A stretch of 64,000 nucleotides of DNA from the IMG/VR virus record IMGVR_UViG_3300021141_000706. One strand, 5' to 3'. Position numbers and translations under genes: made by a program. The first letter of the stretch is position 1, and each line of letters starts with the position of its first letter. The DNA comes from a virus. Shown here piece by piece: positions 42,294 to 54,560 of the stretch. The notes beneath the pieces are model-generated. The model made no database searches. It was not told the DNA's origin and saw nothing but the letters and a program-made list of their open reading frames with translations.

Positions 42294-44429
42294 ATGAAGA
42301 ATACTAAGAACAACATCGAAGGCAGAGATTATGTATCACCTGATATTAAAGCCGCTATTGACGATGATGATGAAGATAGTCCTTCCTTTAATTCTAGTTC
42401 GAGAAAACCAGACTCTAAGTCTAAAACTCCTGTACTAGACACTTATAGCCGTGACCTAACTAAAATGGCTGAAGAAGGAAAACTTGATGCTATCATTGGT
42501 CGTGAAAAAGAGATTGAGAGAGTTTCTCAAATTCTTTCTCGCAGAAAGAAAAACAATCCAATCTTAATTGGTGAACCAGGTGTAGGTAAATCTTCAATCG
42601 CTGAAGGATTAGCACTAAGAATTATTCAAAGAAAAGTAAGCCGCATTCTTTTTAACAAAAGAATCGTAATGCTTGATTTAGCTTCTATGGTGGCTGGTAC
42701 TAAGTACCGTGGTCAGTTTGAAGAACGTATCAAAGCTCTAATGGCTGAAATGGAGAAAGAACCAGACGTTATTCTTTTCATTGATGAAATTCACACTATT
42801 ATCGGTGCCGGTGGTGCCTCTGGTTCATTAGATGCTTCTAATATGTTCAAACCTGCTTTAGCTCGTGGTGAAATTCAAATCATCGGTGCTACAACTTTGG
42901 ATGAATATCGTAAGCATATTGAAAAAGATGGTGCTTTGGAAAGACGTTTCCAAAAAGTAATTGTTGAACCAGCTTCTGCTGAAGAAACAATTCAAATCAT
43001 TGCTAACATCAAAGACAAGTATGAATCACATCACAATGTTGTTTATACTGACGAAGCTATCAAAGCTTGTGTTGATTTAACTGACCGTTATGTTACTGAC
43101 CGTTTCTTACCAGACAAAGCTATTGATGCTTTAGATGAGGCTGGATCTCGTGTTCATATTTCAAACATTGTTGTTCCTAAAGTCATTACTGACATTGAGA
43201 ATAAGATTGGAGAAATTAAAGAGAAAAAGAATCAAGTTATTCGCTCTCAGAAATATGAAGAGGCGGCTAAGTTAAGAGACGTTGAGCGTCAACTTAATGA
43301 ATCTTTGGAAGTTGAAAGAAAGAAATGGGAAGACGAATGTTCCAATAACAAACAAACAGTAACTGAAGACAATGTAGCAGAAGTCGTTTCGATGATGACT
43401 GGTATTCCTCTTCAGAAAGTATCTGAGAACGAAACTAGCAAATTGGGAAAAATGCAAGACTCTATCGTTGGTAAAGTTGTTGGTCAAGATGATGCTGTTA
43501 AGAAGATTGTTAAAGCTATTCAAAGAGGTCGTGTTGGTTTGAAAGATCCAAACAAACCAATTGGTTCATTTATGTTCTTAGGACCTACTGGTGTTGGTAA
43601 AACACAATTGGCTAAAGTGTTGGCTAAGTATCTATTTGATTCAGAAGATTCTTTAATTAGAATTGATATGTCAGAATACATGGAGAAGTTCGCTGTATCT
43701 CGTTTGATTGGTGCGCCTCCAGGATACGTTGGTCACGATGAAGGTGGACAATTAACTGAGAAAGTTAGACGTAAGCCTTACTCAGTAGTTCTTCTTGATG
43801 AGATTGAGAAAGCTCACCCAGAAGTTTTCAACTTGTTACTTCAAGTTCTTGACGATGGTCAGTTAACAGATTCTCTTGGTAGAAAAGTTAACTTTAAGAA
43901 TACCATTATCATTATGACTTCTAACACTGGTTCACGTCAGTTGAAAGAATTCGGAACTGGAGTGGGTTTCAATACTAAAACTAGAGAGTCTAAAGGTCAA
44001 CAAGAGTCAAATTCAGTTATTGATAAAGAGTTGAAGAAGAAATTCGCACCTGAGTTCTTAAATCGTATTGATGATGTTGTAATGTTTAACTCACTTGTAA
44101 AAGAAGATATTAATAAAATTATTAGTATTGAATTAGAGAAGTTAGTTAGTCGCGTTCAAAAGATGGATTTTGAATTAGAAATTACTGAAGGTGCTACTGA
44201 TTATATCGCTTCTCAAGGATTTGACCCAGAATATGGTGCTAGACCTTTGAAGAGAGCTATTCAGAAGTATGTTGAAGATGTTCTAACAGAAGAAATCATC
44301 CAACAAAACCCTGAAAAGATGTCTAAATTATTGTTAGATTACAATAAAGAAGACGACAAGATGGTTGTAGTAATTACTTCTCCACCAAAGAAGAAAGTTA
44401 CTAGAAGGAAAAAAGATACTGACATTTAG
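42294..44429 (+). CDS. clpC: ClpC-type AAA+ unfoldase lacking the N-terminal Clp-repeat domain
   Basis: [19 protein letters not shown]-like coil ([11 protein letters not shown]), GVGF ClpP-docking loop. Confidence 0.88.
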   Translation: MKNTKNNIEGRDYVSPDIKAAIDDDDEDSPSFNSSSRKPDSKSKTPVLDTYSRDLTKMAEEGKLDAIIGREKEIERVSQILSRRKKNNPILIGEPGVGKSSIAEGLALRIIQRKVSRILFNKRIVMLDLASMVAGTKYRGQFEERIKALMAEMEKEPDVILFIDEIHTIIGAGGASGSLDASNMFKPALARGEIQIIGATTLDEYRKHIEKDGALERRFQKVIVEPASAEETIQIIANIKDKYESHHNVVYTDEAIKACVDLTDRYVTDRFLPDKAIDALDEAGSRVHISNIVVPKVITDIENKIGEIKEKKNQVIRSQKYEEAAKLRDVERQLNESLEVERKKWEDECSNNKQTVTEDNVAEVVSMMTGIPLQKVSENETSKLGKMQDSIVGKVVGQDDAVKKIVKAIQRGRVGLKDPNKPIGSFMFLGPTGVGKTQLAKVLAKYLFDSEDSLIRIDMSEYMEKFAVSRLIGAPPGYVGHDEGGQLTEKVRRKPYSVVLLDEIEKAHPEVFNLLLQVLDDGQLTDSLGRKVNFKNTIIIMTSNTGSRQLKEFGTGVGFNTKTRESKGQQESNSVIDKELKKKFAPEFLNRIDDVVMFNSLVKEDINKIISIELEKLVSRVQKMDFELEITEGATDYIASQGFDPEYGARPLKRAIQKYVEDVLTEEIIQQNPEKMSKLLLDYNKEDDKMVVVITSPPKKKVTRRKKDTDI

Positions 44430-44437
44430 TAAGTATT

Positions 44438-44468
44438 AAAAAAAGAGAGTTGAAAAACTCTCTTTTTT
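44438..44468 (+). terminator. Intrinsic terminator
   Basis: aaaagagagtt-gaaa-aactctctttt. Confidence 0.75.
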
Positions 44469-44505
44469 ATTTTAAACAATTCCTATATTAATCAATATAA
44501 ACCAA

Positions 44506-45426
44506 ATGGAACTTAATGCTAAAATTTTTGTTGCTGGTCATAATGGAATGGTTGGATCAGCAATAGTTAGAAAACTAAAAGAAATTGGCTATACAAATAT
44601 TATTACTTTTGATAGAAGTAAATTGAATTTGCTTAATCAATTAGATGTACAATCATTCTTTAATATAAATTGTCCAGAATATGTTTTTGTTTGTGCCGCT
44701 AAAGTTGGTGGTATAAAAGCAAATAATGAAATGAAAGGTGATTTTATTTATGAGAATATTATGATTCAATCTAATATAATTAAATCTTCTAAAGATCACA
44801 ATGTTAAAAAATTAATATTCTTAGGGTCATCTTGTATTTATCCTAAGATGTCACCACAGCCAATTAAAGAAGAGTATTTATTAACTGGCCCATTAGAACC
44901 AACAAATGATGCTTATGCTATTGCTAAGATTGCTGGTATTAAAATGTGTCAATCATTTAACCAACAATATGGTACTAATTTCATTTCAGTAATGCCTACA
45001 AATCTTTATGGTCCAAATGATAATTATGATTTGAATAACTCACACGTCTTACCCGCTATGATTCGTAAATTTCACGAAGCTAAGTTAGAAGGTAAGGATA
45101 AAGTTGAAATCTGGGGAACTGGAAAACCAATGAGAGAGTTTCTTTATGTAGATGATTTAGCAGATGCTTGTTATCATCTTATGATGAATTACAATGGTAG
45201 TGAGGTGGTGAACATTGGTACTGGATTAGATATAACAATAAAAGATTTAGCCTTAACAATAAAAGAGGTTGTTGGTTTTAGAGGTGATATTTATTTTAAT
45301 ACAGATATGCCAGATGGTACACCAAGAAAACTTTTAGATGTTTCTAGATTAAAAGATTTAGGTTGGGAATACAAAACCACTTTGAGAGAGGGGATAGAAA
45401 AAACATATAAAGATTATGTCAAATAA
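44506..45426 (+). CDS. fcl: GDP-L-fucose synthase
   Basis: [45 protein letters not shown]. Confidence 0.95.
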   Translation: MELNAKIFVAGHNGMVGSAIVRKLKEIGYTNIITFDRSKLNLLNQLDVQSFFNINCPEYVFVCAAKVGGIKANNEMKGDFIYENIMIQSNIIKSSKDHNVKKLIFLGSSCIYPKMSPQPIKEEYLLTGPLEPTNDAYAIAKIAGIKMCQSFNQQYGTNFISVMPTNLYGPNDNYDLNNSHVLPAMIRKFHEAKLEGKDKVEIWGTGKPMREFLYVDDLADACYHLMMNYNGSEVVNIGTGLDITIKDLALTIKEVVGFRGDIYFNTDMPDGTPRKLLDVSRLKDLGWEYKTTLREGIEKTYKDYVK

Positions 45427-46444
45427 GAAAGCATTTATAACAGGTATAACAGGTCAAGATGGATCATACTTAGCCGAGTTATTACTAGAAAAAGGATATG
45501 AAGTTCATGGTATTGTTAGAAGATCATCTACTATCAACACTGGTAGAATTAATCATATTTATAACAAAATTAAATTACACTACGGTGATATGACTGACTC
45601 ACTTTGTCTTGATAGACTTATGAGTGAAATTAAACCAGATGAGATTTATCATCTAGCAGCACAATCACATGTAAAAGTATCATTTGAATTACCAGAATAT
45701 ACTGGTCAAGTTGATGCTATGGGTACACTTAGATTTATTGAGGCTTATAGAAAACATTGTCCTAATGCTAGATTCTATAATGCTTGTACATCAGAAATGT
45801 ATGGCTTAGTTAAAGAAGTACCACAAACAGAAGTAACACCTTTTCATCCAAGAAGTCCTTATGGTGTTGCTAAATTATATTCTTTCTGGATTTGTAAAAA
45901 CTACAGAGAAGCTTATGGTTTACATATTAGTAATGGTATTCTTTTTAACCACGAAGGTGAAAGAAGAGGTGAAACATTTGTTACTCGTAAAATCACTTTA
46001 GCATTAGGTGAGATTAAAAGATGTTTAGATAAAGGTCATGATTTCCCTAAATTAAGATTAGGTAATCTTTATTCTAAAAGAGATTGGGGTTATGCTAAAG
46101 ACTTTGTATATGGTATGTGGTTAATGTTACAACAAGACACACCAGATGATTATGTTCTTTCAACTAATGAAACGCACACAATTAAAGAGTTTGTTGAATT
46201 GGCTTGTAAAGAATGTGGTTGGAACATAACTTGGGAAGGTGAAGGAGAAAATGAGAAAGGTTTAGTAGATGGATTAGTTATAGTAGAATTAGATAAAAAA
46301 TATTTAAGACCTTCTGAGGTTGATTTACTTATTGGGGATTACACTAGAGCTAAAGAAGTTTTAGGATGGGAACCTAAAGTTAAATTTGAAGAGTTAGTAA
46401 GAATCATGATGAGTCATGATATTAAAAATATAAATAATCTATGA
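45416..46444 (+). CDS. gmd: GDP-mannose 4,6-dehydratase
   Basis: [41 protein letters not shown]. Confidence 0.96.
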   Translation: MSNKKAFITGITGQDGSYLAELLLEKGYEVHGIVRRSSTINTGRINHIYNKIKLHYGDMTDSLCLDRLMSEIKPDEIYHLAAQSHVKVSFELPEYTGQVDAMGTLRFIEAYRKHCPNARFYNACTSEMYGLVKEVPQTEVTPFHPRSPYGVAKLYSFWICKNYREAYGLHISNGILFNHEGERRGETFVTRKITLALGEIKRCLDKGHDFPKLRLGNLYSKRDWGYAKDFVYGMWLMLQQDTPDDYVLSTNETHTIKEFVELACKECGWNITWEGEGENEKGLVDGLVIVELDKKYLRPSEVDLLIGDYTRAKEVLGWEPKVKFEELVRIMMSHDIKNINNL

Positions 46445-47142
46445 TACATATTTTATGGTGTACACTAAGACCTGCTCAGTTTCAACATGCTCATCAAGAG
46501 TGGATTAAAAGAGCTGATAATCCAGAGAACATACAAACTTATGTTGCTGTTAATTGGAAAGAACACGCTGACCAATTAAGAGATTACTTAAAGAAAAATT
46601 ATATCATAACAGTTAATACTAATAAGATTGGTGTTTGTTATCCTTCTTATCAACTATCTTCTAACTTAGGTATTAAAATGGGTGTAGCAAGTGATGGTGA
46701 TATTGTTATTTTTGCTTCTGATGATTTTATGGCACCTCAAGGTTGGGACACTTATTTAATTAATAAGTTAAATGATAAAGGAGATGTTGGTTTAATGGTT
46801 AGAGATGGTTATCAATTACCTGATTCATCTAATATGTTACATGCGGCTATTACAATTCCAATTATGACTTATGGTTGCTTGAAGAAGTTAAATATGACTA
46901 TCTATCATCCTGCTTATAATCATATGTTCTCTGATTGTGAGTTGTATAATAACTTAAAAGATTTAGATTTATTATATGATGATAGAATGAATGATGTTAC
47001 AATATTTGAGCATTTACATCACGCTGCTGGTAAGAGAAATGCTGACCAGGCTGATCAAGCTTACGGTGCTAAGTGGCGAGAAGATGAAGTAACTTGGAAT
47101 AAAAGAAAATTATTACCAGTAGAAAAAAGAATAGAAATATAA
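46441..47142 (+). CDS. GT2-like glycosyltransferase
   Basis: FASDDF, HMFSD.EL, FEHLH. Confidence 0.65.
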   Translation: MIHILWCTLRPAQFQHAHQEWIKRADNPENIQTYVAVNWKEHADQLRDYLKKNYIITVNTNKIGVCYPSYQLSSNLGIKMGVASDGDIVIFASDDFMAPQGWDTYLINKLNDKGDVGLMVRDGYQLPDSSNMLHAAITIPIMTYGCLKKLNMTIYHPAYNHMFSDCELYNNLKDLDLLYDDRMNDVTIFEHLHHAAGKRNADQADQAYGAKWREDEVTWNKRKLLPVEKRIEI

Positions 47143-47143
47143 A

Positions 47144-47917
47144 ATGACAGACATTTTTATCAAAACATACCCAGGTGATTTTATTTGGTTGGAGTATTGT
47201 ATCAAAAGTATTGAAAAATTTGTAACAGGCTTTAGAGACATTGTTATTGTTACAGATAGTGGAACAGAATTAAAAATTGATTCTAATCTTCCAATTAAAA
47301 TCTTTTATGAAGATTTACCAAACGAAACACATCCTTGTCCAGTTGGTATTGGATATGCTTGGGCTCAAAGCGTAAAGTTAAATTGGACAAAGTACACAGA
47401 TGCTGACTATATTCTTCAAATTGATAGTGATACTATGTTTACTAATAACATAGATATGTCTTATTATCAAATTGATGAAAAAATTAAATGGTTTTATAGA
47501 GAGTGGTCCGAATCAGGTGAAGGTGGGATTCATAGAGTTCCTACTGATTTTTTTATTAAAAGAGAATCTACAAGAGATCATATGCCTGCTCCAACTTGGT
47601 TTTTTTCTAGAAAAACTACAGAACTATTTCAAAACTGGGTTAATGAAAATTGGGGCGGTATTTGGAATTATCTAAATGTACATGCTAGACAATTATGGAC
47701 TATGGATTTAGATTTTCAATCTAATCATATTCATACTCACAAAGGTTGGGGTTCTTGTGAATATCATATGTATGGTAATTTTATAGAATTTTTCTATCCT
47801 GACGAATATCAATTAGTACATTTGAGTCAATATGGTGTTCCTATTAGACAATCTTGGTCATGGGGTGGCTTAAAGGAAGATGAGATTAAATTTAGAGAAG
47901 AATTATTAAGTAAGTAA
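47144..47917 (+). CDS. Putative GT-A glycosyltransferase
   Basis: DIFIKTY, QSVKL, QIDSD, SCEYH.YG. Confidence 0.55.
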   Translation: MTDIFIKTYPGDFIWLEYCIKSIEKFVTGFRDIVIVTDSGTELKIDSNLPIKIFYEDLPNETHPCPVGIGYAWAQSVKLNWTKYTDADYILQIDSDTMFTNNIDMSYYQIDEKIKWFYREWSESGEGGIHRVPTDFFIKRESTRDHMPAPTWFFSRKTTELFQNWVNENWGGIWNYLNVHARQLWTMDLDFQSNHIHTHKGWGSCEYHMYGNFIEFFYPDEYQLVHLSQYGVPIRQSWSWGGLKEDEIKFREELLSK

Positions 47918-49422
47918 TGAATGTTTTCACAACTATAAATCCTAATGGTAATTTTGAAGCTCAAAATGAAGCTATGTCTTCTTGGGCTTTAAAATTTACT
48001 ATTTATTCTGTTAATACAAAAAATGATATTGATAAAGTTAAAGATTTATATCCATATGTTAATTTTATAGAAACAGAAGATACTTATATTTATAAAGGAA
48101 AAGAATTAATAAAGTTAAATGCGTTACTTGAAGCCATTAAGAGTTCTGATAAAGAATATGCTTGTATAGTAAACTCTGATATTATATTAAACTCTAGTAT
48201 AGATATAAGTGATTTATTAAAAAACAAATATTTAGATAAAGGTTTAATAATATCAACTAGATATGAAATAGATGGTGAGAAAGAGCCATATCCATTTACC
48301 TCTGGTTATGATATATTTATATTTAATAAAAAAAATGTAAATCTATTTTCAAATAAAAACTATGTTATTGGAATGCCTTGGTGGGATTATTGGATTCCAA
48401 TTATTTCAAATAAAAATTCATTTACTATCTATCATATAAATAGTAAATTAATTTATCACAAAACACATCAAACTAATTATGATGGTGATATTTGGAATGA
48501 GTTTGGTCAAAGTTTATATAAAGACATAGTATCAAAAAAAGGATTTTGGTCAACAGCTGATGGTAAAGTAGTTAATGATATAAAAAATTACGCTGATATA
48601 TACTCATTTTGTACAAGTATTAAAAAATTTATAGAAAAAGAACAGATAAATATAAACCTATCTGAAAAAAAAGAAAAACTAAATATGAAAATAGTATTTT
48701 TCACCACATCAACATTTTCAGATATTCAAGAAACTCAATCTGAATGTATTAATAAATTATTTCCCGAAAGTGATCACATTAAAATTGATGGTAGAACTGG
48801 TTGGTTTACTGTTTGGTATGAGTGGTTAAATAGGTCATATAAATATGTAGCTGATTGGTATGTTCATATTGATGAAGATTGTTTTATCACCTCAAGAGAT
48901 GAGATAGAAAATCTAATTCAATATATGATTAAAAATAATCTAGATATTGCTGGACCACCTGATGGATATTTTGAATATAGAGGTGGTAACAATATGGCTT
49001 TTAATTCATTTTTTATGATAATGAATAGAAAGTGTATTGATACTTGGTTTAATAGAACGTCTATACCTCAATTTAAACAGGAATGGATAGAAGAGTATCC
49101 TTATGAAAAAAAAGGAGGTGTTAATTATGAGTATAATATGGAGTTTGGTACTTCTGGTAAACCGCTTGGTTTAATATGGAAACCCTGTACTGAACCATAT
49201 TATGATTTTATGTGGGTTTTAAAAGAAGCCGGTATTAAATTCCATTATTTAGAACCAATTTTTGGTGATGAATTTCAAACAACTAACTTATTAAATAATA
49301 CAATATATCATATGTGGCATCAAAGAGAAAGATGGGTTGATAGAATTGTTTCACCTGTTCATAAAATGACTAACAAACAAAGATTTGATGGTATGATTGA
49401 AAAAATTAAAAAAACAATATGA
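47917..49422 (+). CDS. Two-domain putative glycosyltransferase
   Basis: N-domain NSDII..GMPWWDYW; C-domain HIDEDCF. Confidence 0.55.
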   Translation: MNVFTTINPNGNFEAQNEAMSSWALKFTIYSVNTKNDIDKVKDLYPYVNFIETEDTYIYKGKELIKLNALLEAIKSSDKEYACIVNSDIILNSSIDISDLLKNKYLDKGLIISTRYEIDGEKEPYPFTSGYDIFIFNKKNVNLFSNKNYVIGMPWWDYWIPIISNKNSFTIYHINSKLIYHKTHQTNYDGDIWNEFGQSLYKDIVSKKGFWSTADGKVVNDIKNYADIYSFCTSIKKFIEKEQININLSEKKEKLNMKIVFFTTSTFSDIQETQSECINKLFPESDHIKIDGRTGWFTVWYEWLNRSYKYVADWYVHIDEDCFITSRDEIENLIQYMIKNNLDIAGPPDGYFEYRGGNNMAFNSFFMIMNRKCIDTWFNRTSIPQFKQEWIEEYPYEKKGGVNYEYNMEFGTSGKPLGLIWKPCTEPYYDFMWVLKEAGIKFHYLEPIFGDEFQTTNLLNNTIYHMWHQRERWVDRIVSPVHKMTNKQRFDGMIEKIKKTI

Positions 49423-50264
49423 ATGTAGTTTCAGTTCAAATTTATTCCGACCAAAATACACCTTGGGATAGATCAAAAATTGATTTCCCAATTAACATAG
49501 AAGATACTAATTGGCCCGGTAATGGTTGTGGTCTTTGTAATCAAATATTTAAACTTATTAATACTATAGCTTTTAATAATGGACATGATATTTATGTAGA
49601 TTTATTCTCTAAAGATTATTCAAGAGGTAATACTATAGGTGCTTCTGATATATTTAATTTAGAAGAGATGCGTAAGTTAGGACATAGATTATATGATATT
49701 GTTGATATGGATTATAATCAAAACTATGTAATTAAAACATATCCTGGAGTTTATATGTTATATCATATGAATAAAGATTATTTTATCAATATTGTTAAAA
49801 GTCTAAGATTTAGTAGTAAATATGAAAATATAGCAAAGAATGTGTTGGTTAATAAAGGTTTGTCAAATAAATTAGTAAATTTAGTACACTTGAGGATAGA
49901 TATTGATTTTAAAAATCATGTAGTATCAACAAGTAGTTTAGAAAATTACTTAAATCTTATAGAAAGGTATAGAGAACAAATATATATGAACTGTGATAAT
50001 TCAATACCACTTGTTTTATTGCTAGAAGAAACTGACCATTCATTTGTAAAAGAGTTACAAAAAGATTATGATGTTTATATGTTTGAAAAGTCAGAAGTAT
50101 TAAGTGTTGATAATAAAATAGAAGGTAGAGAAATATTTGCTTTAGTTGACTTACTTACAGCAAAAGAATTAACTATTGATAAATTTATTGGACTCGAAGG
50201 TAGTACTTTTTCTTTGATATTAAATTATCTAATAGAATGTAAAAAATCAATTATTTTAAAATGA
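49419..50264 (+). CDS. O-fucosyltransferase-like (GT-B) protein
   Basis: GLCNQ, VHLR..D, ALVD...FIG..GSTFS. Confidence 0.55.
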   Translation: MNVVSVQIYSDQNTPWDRSKIDFPINIEDTNWPGNGCGLCNQIFKLINTIAFNNGHDIYVDLFSKDYSRGNTIGASDIFNLEEMRKLGHRLYDIVDMDYNQNYVIKTYPGVYMLYHMNKDYFINIVKSLRFSSKYENIAKNVLVNKGLSNKLVNLVHLRIDIDFKNHVVSTSSLENYLNLIERYREQIYMNCDNSIPLVLLLEETDHSFVKELQKDYDVYMFEKSEVLSVDNKIEGREIFALVDLLTAKELTIDKFIGLEGSTFSLILNYLIECKKSIILK

Positions 50265-50878
50265 AATTATATGTAATATTCACACCTTCACATAGAAATC
50301 TATATGAAGATTATTTTTTAAAAACTCTTCCTAATGAGTTTGAGTTAATTCCATTAGAAATCACACAGGAATGTCCAACTGGTGAATTCTACAAAGAGGG
50401 TTGGGATAAAACCTGCTATAGAAAAGTAGAGTTGTTTCATAAAGCATGTGAAGAAAATCAAGGAGAGTTATATGCCTTTTCTGATGTTGATATTCAGTTT
50501 TTTGGTAATGTAAAAGAAACTATGATAGAAGAGTTAGGTGATTATGATATAGCTTGTCAAAATGATACGGGTCAATTTTATTGTTCAGGTTTTTTTATTT
50601 GTAGAGGAAATGAAAGAACATTAAATATGTTCTCTGAGATGAAAAAAAACTATCAATTAGAAGACCAAACTACACTTAATAGACATATTAATATGGTTGA
50701 ATCAAAATTTCTTTCTAATAAATTTTTTACAATTGGTCACATTTTAGGTCTTTGGACAGGACAAGATTTTAATATACCTTATCCTATATTGATACATCAC
50801 TCAAATTGGACAGCCGGTATTGAAAACAAAATTAAACTATTAGATATAGTTAGAAAAAAAATGGAAAATAATGAATAA
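50261..50878 (+). CDS. Nucleotide-diphospho-sugar transferase (GT77-like)
   Basis: FSDVDIQF, CSGFF, EDQ..LN, HHSNW...K. Confidence 0.65.
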   Translation: MKLYVIFTPSHRNLYEDYFLKTLPNEFELIPLEITQECPTGEFYKEGWDKTCYRKVELFHKACEENQGELYAFSDVDIQFFGNVKETMIEELGDYDIACQNDTGQFYCSGFFICRGNERTLNMFSEMKKNYQLEDQTTLNRHINMVESKFLSNKFFTIGHILGLWTGQDFNIPYPILIHHSNWTAGIENKIKLLDIVRKKMENNE

Positions 50879-51734
50879 TTATCAAAAACATTTAATTGAA
50901 GTATTTTCTAATTTTAGACCTAGTCCTAAATACCCAACATATCCACCGTACCATGAGGGTTTATATTTAGAAGACTATTTCTTTGATTATTTTACAAAAA
51001 ATGATATACAAACTGATAGATATTATATTCCAGTTTTTTGGACAACTTGTTATGTGGATAACTGTTTTAATGGATTACAAGAATTAATTAATACATTGGA
51101 TCCTAATCTTAAATACTTTACAGTAGCTCAACACGATGATGCTATTAGAGAAAGATTACCAATAGATACAATTTCATTTAATGCGGGTGGTAATGGTGGT
51201 GGTATTCCTATTCCATTAGTTTGTTCACCAATAAAAGAAGAAGTAAAACCTAAGTTAGAAAAAGATATATTTTGTTCTTTTGTAGGATCAATAACACATC
51301 CAATTAGAAATATGATGTATCATACTTTAGTTAATAATCCAAAATATGTTATATCTGCTAGAAACTGGACATCTTCTGTTTCTGAAAATGATTTTAGTAA
51401 TTTCATTAATATAACATCTAGAAGTATTTTTTGTTTGTCACCAAGAGGTTATGGTAGAAGTTCTTTTAGATTATATGAAGCTATTCAATTGGGTTCAATA
51501 CCGGTTTTTATATATGATTATAAGTGGACACCATTTGAAGATGAGATAGATTGGAATGAGTTTTGTGTTTTAATTGATGTTAATGATATTCAAAATATAG
51601 ATAATATTCTATCAAGTTATACACCTGAAAGAATCAAACAAATACAAAGTAATTTGTATAACTATTGGATAAATAATTTCACAATGGAATCTATTTGTAA
51701 AAAAATAACTAAAATAGTAAATGATTATAAGTGA
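50871..51734 (+). CDS. Exostosin (GT47)-like glycosyltransferase
   Basis: SFVGS..HPIR, FCLSPRG...SFRLYEAI..GSIPV, PFED.IDW. Confidence 0.8.
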   Translation: MNNYQKHLIEVFSNFRPSPKYPTYPPYHEGLYLEDYFFDYFTKNDIQTDRYYIPVFWTTCYVDNCFNGLQELINTLDPNLKYFTVAQHDDAIRERLPIDTISFNAGGNGGGIPIPLVCSPIKEEVKPKLEKDIFCSFVGSITHPIRNMMYHTLVNNPKYVISARNWTSSVSENDFSNFINITSRSIFCLSPRGYGRSSFRLYEAIQLGSIPVFIYDYKWTPFEDEIDWNEFCVLIDVNDIQNIDNILSSYTPERIKQIQSNLYNYWINNFTMESICKKITKIVNDYK

Positions 51735-52938
51735 GTTAAGTAATAATTATTTATTTGAAAATTATTTAGAATCTGATGAAAATAATAGAGATATAAATAT
51801 CTATAAGATGTCTAACTCTCAGTTAGTTGGTGATTTATTTTATCCAAATTGTTTAATATATTCAAATAATGAAGTTGTCAATCCAATAAATGAAAAAGTA
51901 ATGTCTTTGAAAGATTTGGATTCTAATAGAGAGTTTGAATTAAATAAAGTTGATATTGTAGATACATTTGAAGAACCTGTTTTTTTCTTTATATACAATA
52001 CAGATAATTACTATCACTTTGTGTATGATACACTTCCATATCTTATAACATATAATCAATTAAAAGGCAAAATTAATAATTTAAAGTTATTAATGAATTA
52101 TCCAAATTATGAGTCTACTAAATTATATCCTTTTGTAAAAGAGTTTTTAGAAATTCTTGATATAAAAGATGGAGATATAATAATCGCAAAAGATAATGTT
52201 TTATATAAAAGTGTTTATATATCTTCATCTTTTACACATGGTATTGATTCTAATTTACCTCCAAGAAAAGAGGTATATGATTTTTATAAAAAAATTGTTA
52301 ATATAGTTAATTCTAAATATGATGATAATAAAATATATCCTAGTAAAATATACATATCAAGAAGAAGTTGGATTCACAATGACATGTCAAATATTGGTAC
52401 AAACTATACATCAAAAAGAAAATTAGTAAATGAAGATGAGTTAGTGGATTTACTAAATTTAAATGGATATGAAGAAGTTTTTACTGAGAATCTATCAACC
52501 ATTAAAAAGATACAAATGTTCTCTAAAGCAGAAATTGTTATTGGTGCTATAGGTGGTGGTTTATGTAATGTTTTATTTTCAAATGAAAATACAAATTTAA
52601 TAGCTTTAATATCACCTACATTTTTAGATGTTAATAATAGATTTCTATATAGTTTTTCAAAAGTTAAAACTACTTTATTTAATGATGCTTCACATTTAGA
52701 AAAGAGTGATTGGAAAAAATATATGAGAGTTAAAACAAATACTGGAATAGTAGGTGAAATAGAAGATATTATAGATGATAAATTAAAAATAATTTACACC
52801 GATAAAAAAATAGCTGGGTGGAATAGTCAATTAAACCTTAACAATATTATTGTTGACATGATAGATTGTGAGAAATTAGATGATGGATTAAATTCACCTT
52901 GGTTAATAAATATTAAAAAACTAAAATATGAAATTTAA
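51721..52938 (+). CDS. GT61-family glycosyltransferase
   Basis: NYYHF..D.LP, YISRR, R.L.NE, Q.F..A..VIG..GGGL.N. Confidence 0.8.
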   Translation: MIISELSNNYLFENYLESDENNRDINIYKMSNSQLVGDLFYPNCLIYSNNEVVNPINEKVMSLKDLDSNREFELNKVDIVDTFEEPVFFFIYNTDNYYHFVYDTLPYLITYNQLKGKINNLKLLMNYPNYESTKLYPFVKEFLEILDIKDGDIIIAKDNVLYKSVYISSSFTHGIDSNLPPRKEVYDFYKKIVNIVNSKYDDNKIYPSKIYISRRSWIHNDMSNIGTNYTSKRKLVNEDELVDLLNLNGYEEVFTENLSTIKKIQMFSKAEIVIGAIGGGLCNVLFSNENTNLIALISPTFLDVNNRFLYSFSKVKTTLFNDASHLEKSDWKKYMRVKTNTGIVGEIEDIIDDKLKIIYTDKKIAGWNSQLNLNNIIVDMIDCEKLDDGLNSPWLINIKKLKYEI

Positions 52939-53641
52939 AAATTTAACATTTATAGGAAACTCTCATATCAGTCAGTTTTTTTTAATTAAAAGTTCTTATG
53001 GAATAAATGCTGATAGACTACAGTTTCCTGGAGCTAGTATAAAAGGTCTACTCAAGACGGATTCAACCATTGGATTATCAAATATGATAAGATCATATAA
53101 CTTTAGTGATAAATTGGCAATATTTATATTAGGACAATGTGATATTGAATTTGGTTATTACTATAAATCAGTTATTAACAATGAAAAGATTAATATTGAC
53201 TTTTTCATTTCAGATTTAGTAAAGAAATATGATATGTATCTATCAAGTCTTTCTTTTGATTTTGTTGTCGTTGGAATAAATCCTTGCGTTTCTGATGATA
53301 TTAGACATAATTTTTATGTAAACTTTGAAGATACTTTTTGTTATGATACCAATCAATTTAATGAAACCGGAACTTTAAATAATCAAATTAAATTTGAAGA
53401 TTATTTACATATTTATAATGACTCTTTAGAAGATAGAAATAAAATACATAAAATGTTCAATAAAGAACTAAAAGATATGTGTGATTATAAAGGTTATAAG
53501 TTTGTAGATATATGGGATGATATTACAACAAATGATGTGATTAATAGTGAATTTAAGTTGGATAAAGTAGATCATCATCTTAAAGAGTCAGAAGAACTTT
53601 TTAATATTTTGTATAAAAAAATATTAAAATTATATGAGTAA
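52928..53641 (+). CDS. SGNH/GDSL-like protein
   Basis: GNSH, GAS..G, GQCD, D..DHH. Confidence 0.55.
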   Translation: MKFKNLTFIGNSHISQFFLIKSSYGINADRLQFPGASIKGLLKTDSTIGLSNMIRSYNFSDKLAIFILGQCDIEFGYYYKSVINNEKINIDFFISDLVKKYDMYLSSLSFDFVVVGINPCVSDDIRHNFYVNFEDTFCYDTNQFNETGTLNNQIKFEDYLHIYNDSLEDRNKIHKMFNKELKDMCDYKGYKFVDIWDDITTNDVINSEFKLDKVDHHLKESEELFNILYKKILKLYE

Positions 53642-54560
53642 GATAATTTATAATATAGAAAATAGAGGCTCCGCTTTTATATATCACTGGTTTATTTTTA
53701 TGATAGCTGGTCTAAGACATATAAAAGATAAAAAACCAACATCTGGAACAGATGGTGTTGGTCGACTTCAAAGAAATATTGAACTTTATAATCCAGAACT
53801 GGATAAACCACCTTATAAAATATACATATCAAATGAATTGGGTGGAATGTTTTCATATCCAAAAAATGACTATCAGCGACAAACAATTGAGTTATTAAAA
53901 GATGATTTTATATTTATTGAAAAGTCTGAAATAAATGAGAATGATATAGTAATTAATAATTATGGAGAGCCTTTATATTTTATTGATGGTGATGATGCTC
54001 ATAACGGCTATGTTAGTAATTTGAATGATTCAAATTCACACATCTATAAATCAAAAGATGGTTATCAATTTTTGAGAGATTTAGGTGAAAAATTAATAGT
54101 TACGGAGGATGATATTAATAATTATAAAAATAAAAAGTTTTTTCTATCTAGAAGTAAATCACACTTATTAGATGGCAATAGCTCCGCTGGTCAAATAAAA
54201 AGAAGACAAATTATAAATGAAGTTGAATTTCAAAATCAATTAAAAAAATATGATATAGATTTTATTTTTTTAGAAGATTATACACTAGAGGAAAAAATTA
54301 AAATATTTAAACTTTCAGATTTAATAATATCACCAAATAGTGGCGGATTGTTATTTGCTTTATATTCTAGTGAGTCTACTAATATAATTGAATTGAATGT
54401 TGAAACACCTCATCAAATAAGTAAACAATACTATGATATATGTAATTCTTTTAATATACCATATACAAAATTTATATGTGATAAAGTAGACCAAAATGAT
54501 AATATGTCAGTTAATATTAATGACTTTATTTCATTAATAAAAAATAAAGATTTAATATGA
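53634..54560 (+). CDS. GT61-family glycosyltransferase
   Basis: YHWF, FLSRS, RQIINE, IISPNSGGL, IIEL. Confidence 0.7.
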   Translation: MSKIIYNIENRGSAFIYHWFIFMIAGLRHIKDKKPTSGTDGVGRLQRNIELYNPELDKPPYKIYISNELGGMFSYPKNDYQRQTIELLKDDFIFIEKSEINENDIVINNYGEPLYFIDGDDAHNGYVSNLNDSNSHIYKSKDGYQFLRDLGEKLIVTEDDINNYKNKKFFLSRSKSHLLDGNSSAGQIKRRQIINEVEFQNQLKKYDIDFIFLEDYTLEEKIKIFKLSDLIISPNSGGLLFALYSSESTNIIELNVETPHQISKQYYDICNSFNIPYTKFICDKVDQNDNMSVNINDFISLIKNKDLI

